A DNA stretch of 64,000 nucleotides from Octopus vulgaris (GCA_951406725.2 OX597816.1:177816001-177880000), one strand, 5' to 3'; shown: positions 27,691 to 41,229, counted from the first letter of the stretch. The notes: generated by a model from the letters alone, not told the origin. Translations and numbers: made by a program.

Positions 27691-27988
27691 TATATATAAA
27701 CTATCACCAAAATAAGTAGTTTAATTTTTCATTTTATGTTATTTTTCTGATATTAATCTCCTATTTCATTATTGTTATATTTCAATATTAAATATAACAA
27801 TATAATGTTTACTTAATACAGTTAATATACGTTGTCAAGTTATTTGCAAAGACACTCGCGCACACACAACAGTGCGAAACATTGTATTGCATTCATTTTG
27901 GTTTCTGGTTTGAGGATAGCTAAACCTCATTATCACAGAGGATCTCTCATGACGAACGCACACCTAGGACCCCATCGCAAACACTCAC

Positions 27989-28385
27989 CTTTCACCACAG
28001 AATCAGAAAAAGCATGAGTTTCTAACAATAACTGACTTTTATAAAACTTTAGTAAAACCCACACTAGATTGCTTCTGCTGCATCTGGGGCGGTACTGCTA
28101 CTGCTGCTGTTATTACACACACAAATATCTTAGAATCAAGCCAGAACGAAGCCACTCACAGGCACACGCCAGGCTCTAACTCACAGACGTCCCACGTCTG
28201 CCTTTAATGCTGCTACTACAATGGCTTCGGCTGCGTGTACCTAGCTGGTCTCGTTCCAAGTCACTCGAATACCCACCAAATTAATAGGCTTCTCATTTCA
28301 TAATCCTGTTTGTGTCCAAAGTTCATCAGGCCTCATGCTATTCACTATACAAAGCCCTTCTGCACCAGAACGCCTGGAGACCAAG
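27989..28385 (-). other. Possible non-coding (5' UTR) host exon
   Basis: Unique, relatively GC-rich island ending on the minus strand in a consensus donor AAG|GTGAGT at 27988. Confidence 0.2.
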
Positions 28386-28388
28386 CAA

Positions 28389-28460
<72 letters not shown>

Positions 28461-28859
28461 ATTATGATTAAGGGTATAGAAAAAGTCTAACCTATATGCT
28501 GAAAAGAGGCTCTAAATCGTCCAAACACTTTAAATCATCACAAAATTACACACGTGCTGAAATCGAGGGAGTAAGCTATTATACATTATGTAGTCGAAAG
28601 ATACACACGTGTTTTAAACAGGTATCGTTATTTTTCTTGTTTTTTTTCCTTGCATATTTCATTGATAAAGGATTCACCCTAAAGCTTGATCTACCTGTGC
28701 CTTTTTCTTTGTTTTCGCATACAATTCACTGTCAACAGCTTTTATCTTATGTTGTGCGTGTTCACATTTTCTGCCTCATTTTTGAAATTATTACATTCCT
28801 CTAAATATGTTCAATTGTCTGTCGCATATTACCTTTGTTTCATTTGTGTAATCTCTCTC

Positions 28860-28897
<38 letters not shown>

Positions 28898-30085
28898 ATA
28901 CATATATATGTGTATATATTAAAAGGCAGGATGTGTGTGTGTGTGTGTGTGTGTGCGTACGTGAATGTAATTTATGCACGTCCACAAACTAGAACGCATG
29001 TCGCTCAAATTTTAGGGGGACATGCGTCATGACCCTAGCTGTATTTTCGTCAACTTATTTTTCCGAGAGGCACAAGCGAATAGCAGTAAAAATAAATTTT
29101 CAACCAAAACTTTTAACCATTTTCAAGTCGGAGAAATCATCATTGCTAGCAAACAGGAGTTAAGTCCCCTTCTAGTGACGAGTAAGTTTTTGTTAAGACT
29201 TGTTGTTTTTTTTCCATCTAGGAAAAAAGTGTTTTGTTTACATACGAGCAACACACACACACACACACACACACACGAATATGTATGCATACCAAAAACA
29301 TATATGAAACAGGTGTACGTACGTGCGTGTGTGTATGTGTGTGTGTTGCCCATATATATATAACTCAAGTTATACCAATCATCACTAGAAAAATATGGCG
29401 CCTATTTTAATTGCTACTTAAAGGAGAACTGGAAGAGATATTTGGATGATTGCTTCATACTTTGGAAAGACAGCATGGATAAACTCCTTGATTTCAAAAG
29501 AATGCTCAACAACATACACAGCAATATACAATTCACTATGGAACACAACAGTAAACAAATCCCTTTTCTAGACATCTTAATTAAATAGTTAACAACCACA
29601 TAGAAACAGACATCTTTTATAAACCCACAGATTCTAAACAATACCTATTATTTAACTCCTGCCACCCCAAACACATAAAAATCAACATACCCTTTAACCT
29701 AGCGAAAAGAATCTGCACTATAGTTTCGGATACATAAACTCGAGAACAAAGACTCCTTGAACTTAGATCTACACTAACTAAAAGACATTACCCAATCTCA
29801 TTAATAAATAAAGGCATTAAAAGAGCTAAGGAAATAGATATACAAATGTTAAGGAAAACTAGCCGAAATACTAAACCAGACTCAAAAATACTCCCGTACC
29901 TTTCCACACATAACCCTAAAAACAACGAAGCCTTCAACATCATCACCCAAAATCTTCCCATCCTCACAGCAGACAAAACAATGAGCGAAATTTTAAGCTC
30001 TTACAAAATTATAAAAAGCAACCGAAGTCACTAAAAAAAAATATTAACCAGCGCAAGACTGTATCCACTAACAACAGAGCCAAAA

Positions 30086-30514
30086 GTGACAAAATGTGGA
30101 CGTACTAACTGTGGAACATGCCCCCACCTTCTGGAGGGTTCAGAATTTCACTTCAAACAAGGAGAAATATTTAAGATCAAATCAAATTTCACCTGCGCCT
30201 CAGTAAATGTAATATATGTAATGACATGCATAGGATGTGGTAAACTCTATATTGGACAAACAGGAATTCCACTCCGTCAAAGAGCCACTATTCACAAAGA
30301 GCAAATCCGCCACCCACAATACAGACAGTTAAAGGTGAGTGAACACATAGAAAGGTGTGCCAGGAATCTTAATCCCAATTTCCAAATCTTCCCCTTCTAT
30401 CAATGTTCACAGAACACCACAATACAACAAAGGTTGAATAAAGAGGCATTTTTCATCAATAAATATCTCCCCCAACTAAATATGAGCACACAATTCAATA
30501 CAGAACAGCACTAA
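30086..30514 (+). pseudogene. PLE GIY-YIG endonuclease domain
   Basis: VIY...CxxC...YIGQT motif, conserved R and E, terminal P-x-LN. Confidence 0.85.
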
Positions 30515-30653
30515 CCCTTCAATTTAAACCACTAACCCCTATACACTCCCTACACCAGTCACATCTCTAAATCCAGAACTACTTACCTCCCTTACAAATA
30601 ATCTTTTTTATCAGAACCTATAAGACCTGACATCGTGTATTAACCGGTGTTTT

Positions 30654-30694
30654 CAAAGCGATGAATAGATTTGCGGAAACCATGGTACGCTTTG
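30654..30694 (+). ncRNA. Hammerhead-like motif with altered left core in the PLE 3' UTR
   Basis: caaagcg-[atgaata gatttgcg]-GAAA-ccatgg-TA-cgctttg: 7-bp stem I and palindromic stem III, but no CUGANGA. Confidence 0.45.
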
Positions 30695-30892
30695 TTTTCT
30701 GACTTTATAATGATCTTATAATCTTCTCATAATAATGACTTTTATGACTTAGTCAGTCTAAATGTATATATTTGTCGTTACCTGTCATAAAAAGCCTTTT
30801 TTATTTACAATGTGCATTTTCGTTGATTTTTCATTTCTTACTCTTACATTTCAACGTGTATTTTATATTTTCTTTTTGTAACATATTTCTAC

Positions 30893-30969
<77 letters not shown>

Positions 30970-30971
<2 letters not shown>

Positions 30972-31340
30972 AATGTAATATGTGACAATTATTCGGTTGC
31001 CATGATGAAACTCCGAGTTTCGGATGCCGAGGTGGAAATCCACGCCGCCATCTCTTCAGTTATCCGACCACCGGAAAAATACTATGAAAAATGACCGTTT
31101 TACAAATGGAAGTTACTGTGTGATTGACCGTTATTAAGACAAAAGAGCTATTTGCATGACCGCTAAGTGAGGTGAGGGAGTGAAAGTAAGGCGGTAAAAA
31201 AGTTCACAGTATTGGCGTAAGCGCGCATGTTCATACCTGCACATGCCCGCCCGCACACCCCCGTGCGTGCGCCTAAAAGTATACATTCAACCACCCTCAC
31301 TTGAAACGTACACATACTCACTCGGACCATTCGCCAAATA
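30970..31340 (-). mobile_element. HHR family 2 terminal repeat
   Basis: Reverse complement of 32210-32535 and 33070-33400. Confidence 0.8.
31004..31064 (-). ncRNA. Type I hammerhead motif family 2
   Basis: gataa-CTGAAGA-gatg...catc c-GAAA-ctc g gag-TT-tcatc. Confidence 0.7.
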
Positions 31341-31356
31341 TATATATATATATATA

Positions 31357-32105
31357 AATGGATGAATGAATAATCCTTTGTTTACCGTTAGCTTGGAAAA
31401 TTCAATAAACAGTTACCAGGGTAGCAAAATTCACGCAAGTAACAAGGATGTAGCGACCTATTCAAAGATAGAAACTCCGGGTTAATGTGCAGTAATTTGT
31501 GTAGTATAAGTAAATAAATGGTGTTAAACGCAGATGCTATTCAAATTCTCTTACTTTCGACATATGTTTCGAAGACAACATTGGTTTTATTCCAAAGCAA
31601 TCTTCTCATCAGGAATGAAAGAGAGCCTATCTCAACAACAAGACATTATAACAATTTTGATGACTGCATAAATGATAAACAGAACGTTATTAAGTATTTT
31701 TTAAAAACCGTTAGTAGATTCGACATCAAAGGAAGAGAAGGGATAAAAAAATAATAAGTAGAGAACAAATAAAGAGGGATATATTGGTTGAAAATATGTT
31801 CAAAGACTTGGAAGTAGATTTCTCTATTGAAGTAAAGTGCAAGTTGAACTAACTTTTCAAACTATAAAGACTGGTAAAATCATTTATATGAACTAAAGGT
31901 ATGTTTCTGCCAGTGCTTGCATTTGCAAGATCGCTCTAGAAGTGTGTTAACAAGGGGATTCTTAGAGAAGAGAATATGGAAGTGTTCAGAGCTGCAAATG
32001 TTACAAAATCCTTTGCCCTTATCATAAGGAAAAGATATGGACAGGATGAACCAATCTAACTTAAAATTCTTATTGTTGTCTTTAACATACCAAACCAATA
32101 TCTCT
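31357..32105 (-). mobile_element. PLE 3' fragment (EN C-terminus CxxC...CxH plus HHR 3' UTR), tentatively Naiad-type
   Basis: LVWYVKDNNKNFKLDWFILS..PYDKGKGFCNICSSE...N..LE..CKCKHWQK*; same family as 44562-45130. Confidence 0.7.
31554..31617 (-). ncRNA. Type I hammerhead motif family 4 with canonical core
   Basis: cattc-CTGATGA-gaagat...gtcttc-GAAA-catatg-TC-gaaag (GUC cleavage triplet). Confidence 0.8.
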
Positions 32106-32432
32106 ATAAATATGCAAAAAATATAAATAAAAATATACAAGAAATATAACTAAAAGGTATAAAGAGATAAAAAGCTTGTACGTGGACACAATATAGAAAG
32201 CAAGTTCTATCTGTATACTTTTAGGCGCACGCATGCGGGTGTGCGGGCGGGCATGTGCAGGCATGAACATGCGCGCTTATACCAATACAATGAACTTTTT
32301 TACCCCCTTACTTTTTCTCCCTCCCCTCACTTAGCAGTCATTCAAATAGCTCTTTTGTCTTAATAACGGTCGATCACACAGTAATTTCCCTTTGTATAAC
32401 GGTCATTTTTCATAGTATTTTTCTGATGGCCG

Positions 32433-32493
32433 GATAGCTGAAGAGATGGCGGTGTGGATTTCCACCCCGACATCCGAAACTCGGAGTTTTATC
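32433..32493 (+). ncRNA. Type I hammerhead motif family 2
   Basis: gatag-CTGAAGA-gatg...catc c-GAAA-ctc g gag-TT-ttatc. Confidence 0.75.
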
Positions 32494-33301
32494 ATCGCTA
32501 CCGAATAATTGTCACATATATTTCTTACATATTTATAGAGATTTTGGTTTATACGTTTATTGCTTATATAATTTTACATATAATTTTTCTGTATTCTACC
32601 TTCCGCCCTGCATTTTTCCCTGTGCGTATATAGACGTGTATATGGAATCTTTTATGCACGCGTGTGAATGTGTGCATGTGTGCAAGTATTTGCGTATATA
32701 GATGTATGCGTGCAGGCGAGTACTGCGTATATAGATCTATTTTACTCGTGTTTTTACACACTTTCCTGTACTTTTGCTCTTAGCCCTGTTTTTTCTTGTG
32801 TCTGTTCACATATAGACGTATGTACGATCCTTTATGTGCGTGCGTGTGTGTGAGCGTATATAGATGCGTGCGGGTATGTGCGTATATAGGTGTGTGTGTG
32901 CGTGCATAAGGGTATGTGTGTATACAGACGTGGCTTACTCTTTGTATACTCCCTTGTGCCCTTTTTCTGTATTGTTACCCTTAACCCTGTTTTTTCTTGT
33001 GCTTGTGCGTATATAGACGTGTGTATGAACCTTTGGCGAAAGAGGAGAGTGAGGATGTGTACGTTTTTCAAGTGAGGATGGATGAATGTATACTTTTGGG
33101 CGCACTTACGTGAGTGTGCGGGCGCACATGTGTAGGTATGAACAGGCGCGCTTACGCGAACATTATGAACTTTTTACCCCCTTACTTAGCGGTCATTCGA
33201 ATAGATCTTTTGTCTTAATAACGGTCAATCACACAGTATATATCACACAGTAATTTCCCTTTGTATAACGGTCATTTTTCATGACATTTTTCCGATGGCC
33301 G

Positions 33302-33362
33302 GATAGCTGAAGAGATGGTGGCGTGGTTTTCCACATCGGCATCCGAAACTCGGAGTTTTATC
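33302..33362 (+). ncRNA. Type I hammerhead motif family 2
   Basis: Same architecture as 32433-32493. Confidence 0.75.
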
Positions 33363-33409
33363 ATGGCTACCGAATAATTGTCACATATTACATTTACACA
33401 TATATATAT

Positions 33410-33527
33410 AAACCAATTTCGGATTTCGCCTGAATTTGACGTCGATGTTATTTAGTTTGGTTTGAAAGAAAGAAATTGATTAGCTTAATAATCCTAACTT
33501 AATCCCGGGCAAAGCCGAGTTATACTG

Positions 33528-33531
<4 letters not shown>
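33410..33531 (+). mobile_element. Helitron-like 3' end fragment
   Basis: cccgggcaaagccgag hairpin followed by ...tgCTAA, then (AT)n. Confidence 0.45.
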
Positions 33532-33593
<62 letters not shown>

Positions 33594-36277
33594 CATATAT
33601 ATAATCAATTGTAACTTTTGTAACAAATATTAATTTGCACATCCAACTTAACATGGATGTGTTTCTTCTGCCAATATAATCTGTGCTATACGAGATGACT
33701 TCTTAGGACGATTATCGCAGCTTACGGCATGTAGAGCAATGCATCGAAGTTGCATGTACAAATTACTATTCATGCTTACATACATGCATACATACATATG
33801 TTCACGTTTGTGTATGTGTGTGCGAGTATGTATAGCAGTTTTATCGATAAGATCCATTTGCTGTCACTACCCATTCTGTTAGGTTTCAGAATGACCAGTA
33901 ACCAATCGCACTGTTGTTTAAGTTAGTAACTGAGTCTTTCCCAATCGCTTGTCAAGGTCAATAACACCATTAGTATTCTGGAGCAGGAGGAGGAGCAAGA
34001 TAATGTTGTCTATAACCGAAGAATGATATTATTTTTGTGTATTTTCTATAACCGAAGGATGATATTATTTCGTGCAAGAAATATATAATTCGAACGCTTC
34101 AACATTTATATGAATGCACCACACTATGTGGTAGGAAAATAAGGTTATGAACACAGCACACTGGGTTTTTTTTACTGTTTATTTTTATAAATATTTAAAA
34201 AGAAAAAAAAGATAAAACGTCTGGTGAACTGTTTTGTATTAAATTACATTCTAAAGTATTTTACTTCGCTGGCTGAACAAAACTGAGAGTAATCTGCCAT
34301 AATAAACAATGCACATCTGTTGACCTATACAAAAGTGTAGAAATATCGAACATACGTATCAGGAAAAAAAGATACCGACCTAAAAGTAATATGAAACGTG
34401 GAGTTAATTTTTTAAGTATTGAAGGTAAAAATAGTATAAAATAGAAAATAAAGAAATTATACAATAAGAAACACTCGAGTTTATAATCACCTGAGACTGA
34501 ATTTTTGCATCACAGTTTGTGACATTCCTGACAATAATTTGAAGGATAAGTTCCTGACAAAAACATCCGTTACTGGAACACCTAAAACGTGCAATACATT
34601 GCTTTATATTGGCGGAAGAAAATAGCTTTTATTCATTTGTCTAAAGCTTTCGATATATTGCCGACATCTGCTCAGTTGTAGTATAAAGAAAGTAGAGACG
34701 TTTTCAACTCATTAACTTTTGTGGTACTTTTGGGAATCGGCTTCGGTATTATATTTCCTTATTTTGGCTTTTCCATTATCTTCTTTTTACTGGGTTTAGC
34801 TTTTCATTCACTGGTTCCTGATCTGTGACGCTGGGTTTCTTAAGGATCCAACAAAGGTAGCACTGGGTGTGGAACGAGTTACACTCAAAGTATAAAAGTC
34901 TGCACTGTAAAATGTATAATTATTCTTACGTGTCTTTCAACTGATAAAACCAACTGGAAAAAAATGCTTGTTATCAGTTGATAAAACTGGCTTATTGAAC
35001 AGACACATATATCTAAAACCTGCTGGTCATTGAAAAATTCATTTAAATATAAGGGGTTCTTGGTAGTGAAATATTTGGGAGCTACTGGTCTAATTTGTAC
35101 TTTCTTAAATTATTTTCTTACGCAAGAAAAACCAAATTGTTTCCCTGTTTTAATCAGTTATCATTTACTTTCTTCTTGATATTTTAGTAGATCATTTATG
35201 GTTCCATTGTTACAGTTCTATATTTGTAAAAGACTTAATTTGGGTGAGTTGGTCGATTGGTAAGTTCAATGTATACCATTCTTTAGGAAATGGATTCGCA
35301 CTAATGAGTAGTTTACTGGTTTTTAAATTTAGGATCTTCGATGTAATGCATATATTACCTTATTTCTGACATTGAGTTCTGTATGTTAATATCAGTCTAA
35401 CTCGTGCTAATCCCACCGGTACACATTTTGCCTTTTATCCAGCTCGGGTCAATTATAGAACCACTTCCATCAGTGGTGTTGTTCTAATGTTCTAATTTCA
35501 ATGTAAAAACCTTAATACCGAGAGTTCCAATTAATTCGCTTGAGTTATCGTTAAGTACATTTGTTTAATTCACTTTGACGTAAGAAGTTTCAAACGAAGT
35601 GCTCTCGTTGATCGTATCTGGTTACCATATCTAAAATAAGTACTTTAATTTTTCATGCTACGATATATCTTTTTTTTTTAAATAATACTGTACTTCCTTA
35701 ATAATTTTTCATTTTATGTTATTTTTCTTATATTAGTCTCCTGTTTTTCTATTTTGTTAAATAAGGATAGGCCTTTGACTTTTTGTTGTATTTTCATAAT
35801 TTTTTCCCTATGTTGTTTGGTGGGCTTAACTGAGGTGATTTATTCTTTTAGAGTCGAACCCATTTCCGCGATTCTGCCAATGAGTCAGGTTCGTTGAGTA
35901 CTTATGATCAGATTTACTACTGTCAAAAAGAATATCTTGGAGCTATGTTTAGTTTGTATATTTCCGCTGATTCATGTAGATTTTCGTCATAGTCAGTTCC
36001 TGCACATGGTTTATTGCTTCTATTATATTCTTCATTGTTAATTATATTTCTTCTGTTAAGATATGTCCACTGAACGCATTTCCTTCCGGCCTTATAACCA
36101 GGCATCTCATTATTCATTACATAGGGGGAGGAGCAATATAGCGAATTCTATCGATTAGACTACTGTCAGCGGAATTTGACTGGTTTGGAAATTTACGATA
36201 CATCAGCAGATATAGAGTGTAACAAAAATCTTTAAGCCGTAACAACTGTCAAGCACACGCAAACACACACAAACACA

Positions 36278-36338
<61 letters not shown>

Positions 36339-36926
36339 AGCCTCCCTTTCTCTCTTATACACACACTCATGCATATACGCGAAAGACTGAGCGCGCGTGA
36401 ATACACATATGACGTGTGCGTTCGTAAATTTTTACATATGTTACTGTGTATGTTTGTGTGTGATATATGCTGTTATGAGATAAGCAAAACAGCTGATAAT
36501 GTATGCATTCAATTGTCTTACGCAGTCCTTTCCGCTAAATATCTCTTCCTATATATGATGCAATCAACTCGCAGAAATGTTGAACATTCTCTCTTCTATA
36601 TATTTTTAAGAGGAAATAAAACTGTCAGTATCCTTATTTAAACATCACATCGGAAATTAGAATATCTGGGGTAACAGTTAATCAGGACGTTTTATCTGCG
36701 GTTATAGCATCCTGAACAGAAACCCTTATGTTTATATAGCTCACCAGGTCAAACCAGAGTCTGCTAAAAATATTGACAGAAAGCTTATACTGCTATTCTA
36801 GGCCCAAACACATAACAGACACTGTATAATTCAAGACTTAAATATTTTTATTATGGTAATACATTTAATATACACAGCTCATATTAGGCTGTTGCTTCAA
36901 AGAAACTACTATTATATAAATCTATG

Positions 36927-37345
36927 AGGCGGCGAGCTGGCAGAATCGTTAGCATGCAGGGCAAAGTACTTAGCGGTGTATCGTCCGTCTTTACGTTCTG
37001 AGTTCAAATTCCGCCAAGGTCGACTTTACCTGTCATCTTTAGGGATGGATAAAATAAGTACCAATTGATCACCGGGGTCGATGTAATCGACTTAATCCCT
37101 TTGTCTGTCCTTGTTTGTCCCCTCTATGTTTAGCCCATTGTGGGCAATAAAGAAATATATTATATAAATCTATGAGGCGGCGAGCTGGCAGAATCGTTAG
37201 CATGCAGGGCAAAGTACTTAGCGGTGTATCGTCCGTCTTTACGTTCTGAGTTCAAATTCCGCCAAAGTCGACTTTACCTGTCATCTTTAGGGATGGATAA
37301 AATAAGTACCAATTGATCACTGGGGTCGATGTAATCGACTTCACA
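36927..37345 (+). mobile_element. Two tandem SINE family B copies (248-bp period)
   Basis: Both are preceded by tattatataaatctatga and share private substitutions; their 3' tails differ. Confidence 0.85.
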
Positions 37346-37434
37346 CCTCCCGCCAAATTGTGCCATGGTTTGCATCCGATATACAAATTTACTGTCTCTG
37401 TTATGAAAAGAACTTTAGAGACATACGCACATTA

Positions 37435-37890
37435 ATGAAGCCTCTACATGATTGCTAGAAATAGCTTGACATAGTTGCAAAATCCCTCTCAAATTATACC
37501 CACAATCATTAAATAAAAAGAGAAACGCGCTGGACAATGAAAGACGGGATTATCACAGCCGGAAGGCCTTTGATCATCAGGAATGACTTGGAGCTAAACA
37601 ACGACAACAATACCAATAACAACAACGACAATAACAAAAACAACAACACTAACAACAACAATTTCAGCGGCACGAGCAAATGAGGTAGTTTCTTATGTGA
37701 TCACTTGACCTGAAAGAGACAACCGCCAAACTTTTCCCATATCGCATCCTATTGTCATCAAATAGACAGAACACTGGATAATGTAATACTAAATAGTCCT
37801 TGTCTAAATGAAGGTTGAGATGGTCACGGCTGCAATACCTTTGATCATAGATACATCTGTTCTCTCAGAGCAGACTTAGGGCTAAACGAA
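37435..37890 (+). mobile_element. Two old SINE/LINE 3'-end remnants (...cctttgatcat...gctaaac, (AAC)n tail)
   Basis: Mutual similarity by eye; a similar end occurs at ~53340-53455. Confidence 0.4.
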
Positions 37891-38537
37891 TTCTCGTAGA
37901 TTAGTAACTAACTTTGATCATAATTTGAAAGATAAATATATTCCGATGCCGTGAATAAAATTTGTAAAGAACGTCTTGATAAGTATTGAGTTAAATGATA
38001 AAGGTGACGAATTGGCAGTATCGTTAGAAAGTTGAAGAGCATGAATTACATTATTAATTAAGACTCTGCGCTCTGGTTTCAAAACCCGCCAAGATCACTT
38101 TGTCATCTTTCGGAGGTCGATAAAAAAAGTACAAATCCAGGATGGTGGAATGTCAGTGGAATGACGGTTAAGAATCGGATGAGATGTCTTACGATATCTG
38201 TTTGGTCCTTTACTTTCAAACAGTAATGTCTACATCACTAGTACCAAGATGTATCATCCCAAGTCAGCAGCCTTTCCTTCGCTTGCACGTATGGGCAACT
38301 GCAAGTCTTGGTATAAAACCTTTCTAATGCAGTCATTATTAAATACACAATTATTCCTTATTCTACAATTACACTTTCTACGTTGTTGTACAGAGTTTAT
38401 GTTATTGAGGTTAACAGTCAGTATATTATTACTATTTCTCAGGTTATTGTCTATCTGACTAATATTATTAATGCTTATATTATTATGATCATTACTATTA
38501 GTATTATTCTTGTTATTTCGACTTGCATTTTCACTGA

Positions 38538-38571
<34 letters not shown>

Positions 38572-38574
<3 letters not shown>

Positions 38575-40863
38575 TAGTTTTATTTTTATAGCGTACTTTC
38601 ACTTCACAACCGAGCGCAGCTCTGTGTGACTTGGGTATGATCTGTGATTTGTTGTGATGCTCTGATGGTTATTGTATGGAATGTGTTCTGCGTAGGATGT
38701 GTGCAGTGCCTAGTAGTGCAATTTTCTGTATGTTATATGTGTTTGTAAGTCCTGGTGTTTTTGTTATGTATTTGTCTGAATATTTTTTATCATACCTAAT
38801 GCACCTACTATGATAGGAATTGTTTCTGTTTTTAGATTCCACATTCGAGTTACCTCTATTTCCAGGTCTTTGTATTTTGAAAGTTTCTCCATTTCATTTA
38901 GAGACACGTTGTCATCAGCTGGTATTGATGCATCAATTAGAAAGCATTTTTTTTCTTCATGATCTCTGACAACTATATCTGGTCTGTTGGCCTTAATTTC
39001 TCTATCTGTGTGTATCGGCATATCCCACTGTATGGTTGCTTTCTCGTTTTCTGTGACCTTTTCTGGTGTGTGCCTATACCATCTTTTTTCTGTTGTTATT
39101 CCATAATGTTGGCATAGCTTCCAATGTATGTAGGTTCCAACTCTGTCATGTCTGTGAATATATTCCTTCTTAGCCAGGACTGGGCAGCTAGAGATAATAT
39201 GATTTATTGTTTCTTGTCCATCTCCACATATTCTGCAGTTACTTGTTATGTTTCTTTTCATTATATGTTTTTGGTGGGAAGGCTTTGGTCTTGTGCTGCA
39301 ATTAAAAATCTCCCCGTCTCTGCTTTGAGTCCTGAGCTTCTCAACCATTGCTGGGATTTTTCTTTGTCTATTTCTTTTGCATTTAGCTTAGTCCAGTATT
39401 TGCATGAAGGAGCTTTTCTTCCCATCGTTCCCTTCTTCTTCTTCTTCATATTTGTTAGGTGGTATGATTTCTTGTTTGTATTTGTCAGCTTCCTTAAATA
39501 CTGAGAACAGTTTTTTGCTTTGCTCGTGTTTTGCTGCTATTTGTATCAGTTTCCCTTGCTTCTGAAGTAGATATTTTTGCAGTCCTATGGTGGTTATTTT
39601 ATAGTAGTTTTCCAGCTGTATAAGTCCTCTACCACCTTCTATACGTTGTATATATAGCCTTTCTATGTCAGATTTTGGGTGATGCATCCTAGATCCTGTC
39701 ATTATTTTTCTTGTTTTCCTATCTATTTTGGTTAGTTCATTTAGCGTCCAGTTAAGGATATTGTAGCTGTAACTTATAACTGGGACGGCTAAAGTGTTAA
39801 TACCTATTATCTTGTTTTTAGCATTGAGCTCTGTTTTTAGTATTGATCTAACTCGTCTATAATATTCTTTCTTTATTTTCTCTTCCATTTGTGTGTGTTG
39901 TGTCTTACCTAGTTCATGGATTCCTAAATATTTGTAAGTTTGGCTTTGGTCTAATTCTCTTATTTCATTGGTTTTATCTAATGTGATGTTGCTACTCTAA
40001 ACTAGTTTCCGTTTTTTCAGGGCTACTTTGGCGCATTTTTCTAATCCAAATTTCATATCTATTTCTTTGGTAAATCCATGAACTGTCTTTAATAGTGTTT
40101 CCAGCTGTTTGTCATTTGCAGCGTATAGTTTTAGGTCATCCATATATAAAAGGTGGCTGATCGTTTTGCCGTAACATTTGTATCCGCATCCAGTCCTATT
40201 TAGCATATCAGATAGAGGTGTCAGTGCTAAGCAGAAAAGGAGTGGAGAGCGCGTGTCTCCCTGGAATATTCCTCTTCTAATGGGGATGACTTTGGTTTTC
40301 AAGAGGCCCTCTTTTGTTTGGAGCTGTAGCACTGTCTGCCATTTATTCATGGAGTGTCTTATGTATTTTATAATTGTTGGTGCTACCTTGTTAAGGGCTA
40401 TTGTTTCGAGGATCCATGTGTGGGGAATGCTATCAAACGCCTTTCGGTAGTCGATCCAGGCCATACTGAGGCCTTTCTTCTTTCTGCGGTTGTCTTCAGT
40501 TATGGCTTTATTGATCATTAGTTGATCTTTACAGCCATATGAGCCCTTGCAGCATCCTTTCTGCTCTTCTGGGACGAGGTTGTTTTCGTCCAGGTGCTTG
40601 TTCAATCTTTGCGATATTACTGCAGTAAGGGCTTTGTACATGGTAGGGAGACAGGTTATAGGTCTGTAGTTTTGTGGTTTTGCTGTTTCATTGGATTTGG
40701 GAATTAAGATTGTTTCCCTTTCGTGAGTCATTCAGGCATTGTCTCTGGCTCTGCCAGTATGTCGTTAAAGTTTTCAGCCAGCTTTTTGTACATTCCTGTC
40801 AGATATTTCAACCAGAAGTTGGGGATCTTGTCTTGCCCAGGTGCCTTCTTGTTGCTTAGTCTT
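38572..40863 (-). mobile_element. R4/Dong-clade non-LTR retrotransposon (RT + RLE), 5'-truncated
   Basis: KAPGQDKIPNFWLK, YRPITCL, IDYRKAFDS, GIFQGD, YMDD; CRIC...H....C knuckle, RHD, RPDIV...LID (PD..D endonuclease); 3' end abuts (TAA)n. Confidence 0.9.
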
Positions 40864-41229
40864 ATTCCTGCTATTATTTTTGTTATTATTATTACCTATA
40901 GTTCGTTTTTGGATTTGGTTTGCAAGGTTCTTTATATGAGTTCGTGTGTTGAAGCATATTCTGCTGTGTCTGGGGAGAGTCATTTTCTTTTTGTGCTTTA
41001 TAATGTAACACACTCACCGGTAAAATTTCCACTTATTTCTTATTTTCCTATAATTTTCATTGCATCTTATTCTTATTTTTATAATTTTTATATTTAATAG
41101 TATTCTTTTTGTTATAATTATTTCTATTATTACTAAAGATTTCATTATTGTTATTGTTATCATAATTGTTGTTGTTATTCTATCATCATCATTATTATTA
41201 TTATTATTACTATTATTATCATTATTATT

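Larger units (their letters stand above)
29362..30892 (+). mobile_element. 5'-truncated Penelope-like element (RT + Cys linker + GIY-YIG; Neptune-like)
   Basis: WKRYLDDCF at ~29430, IQFTME, IPFLDI; ORF 30086-30514 CGRTNCGTC...NVIYVMTCIGCGKLYIGQTG...R...H; frameshifts; (AT)n on both sides. Confidence 0.9.
32140..33400 (+). mobile_element. Tandem pair of HHR family 2 terminal repeats
   Basis: 32210-32535 is repeated at 33085-33400; HHRs at 32433 and 33302. Confidence 0.8.

Noticed and set aside
34600-36120. Coding-like minus-strand sequence (possible old LINE ORF1)
   Set aside because: Many stops and no recognisable motif
38325-38385. Selenocysteine (in-frame UGA) in the Cys linker, as reported for some Naiad PLEs
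   Set aside because: All four Cys codons here are TGT/TGC, and the Cys codons checked in the 44562-45130 EN fragment are also standard
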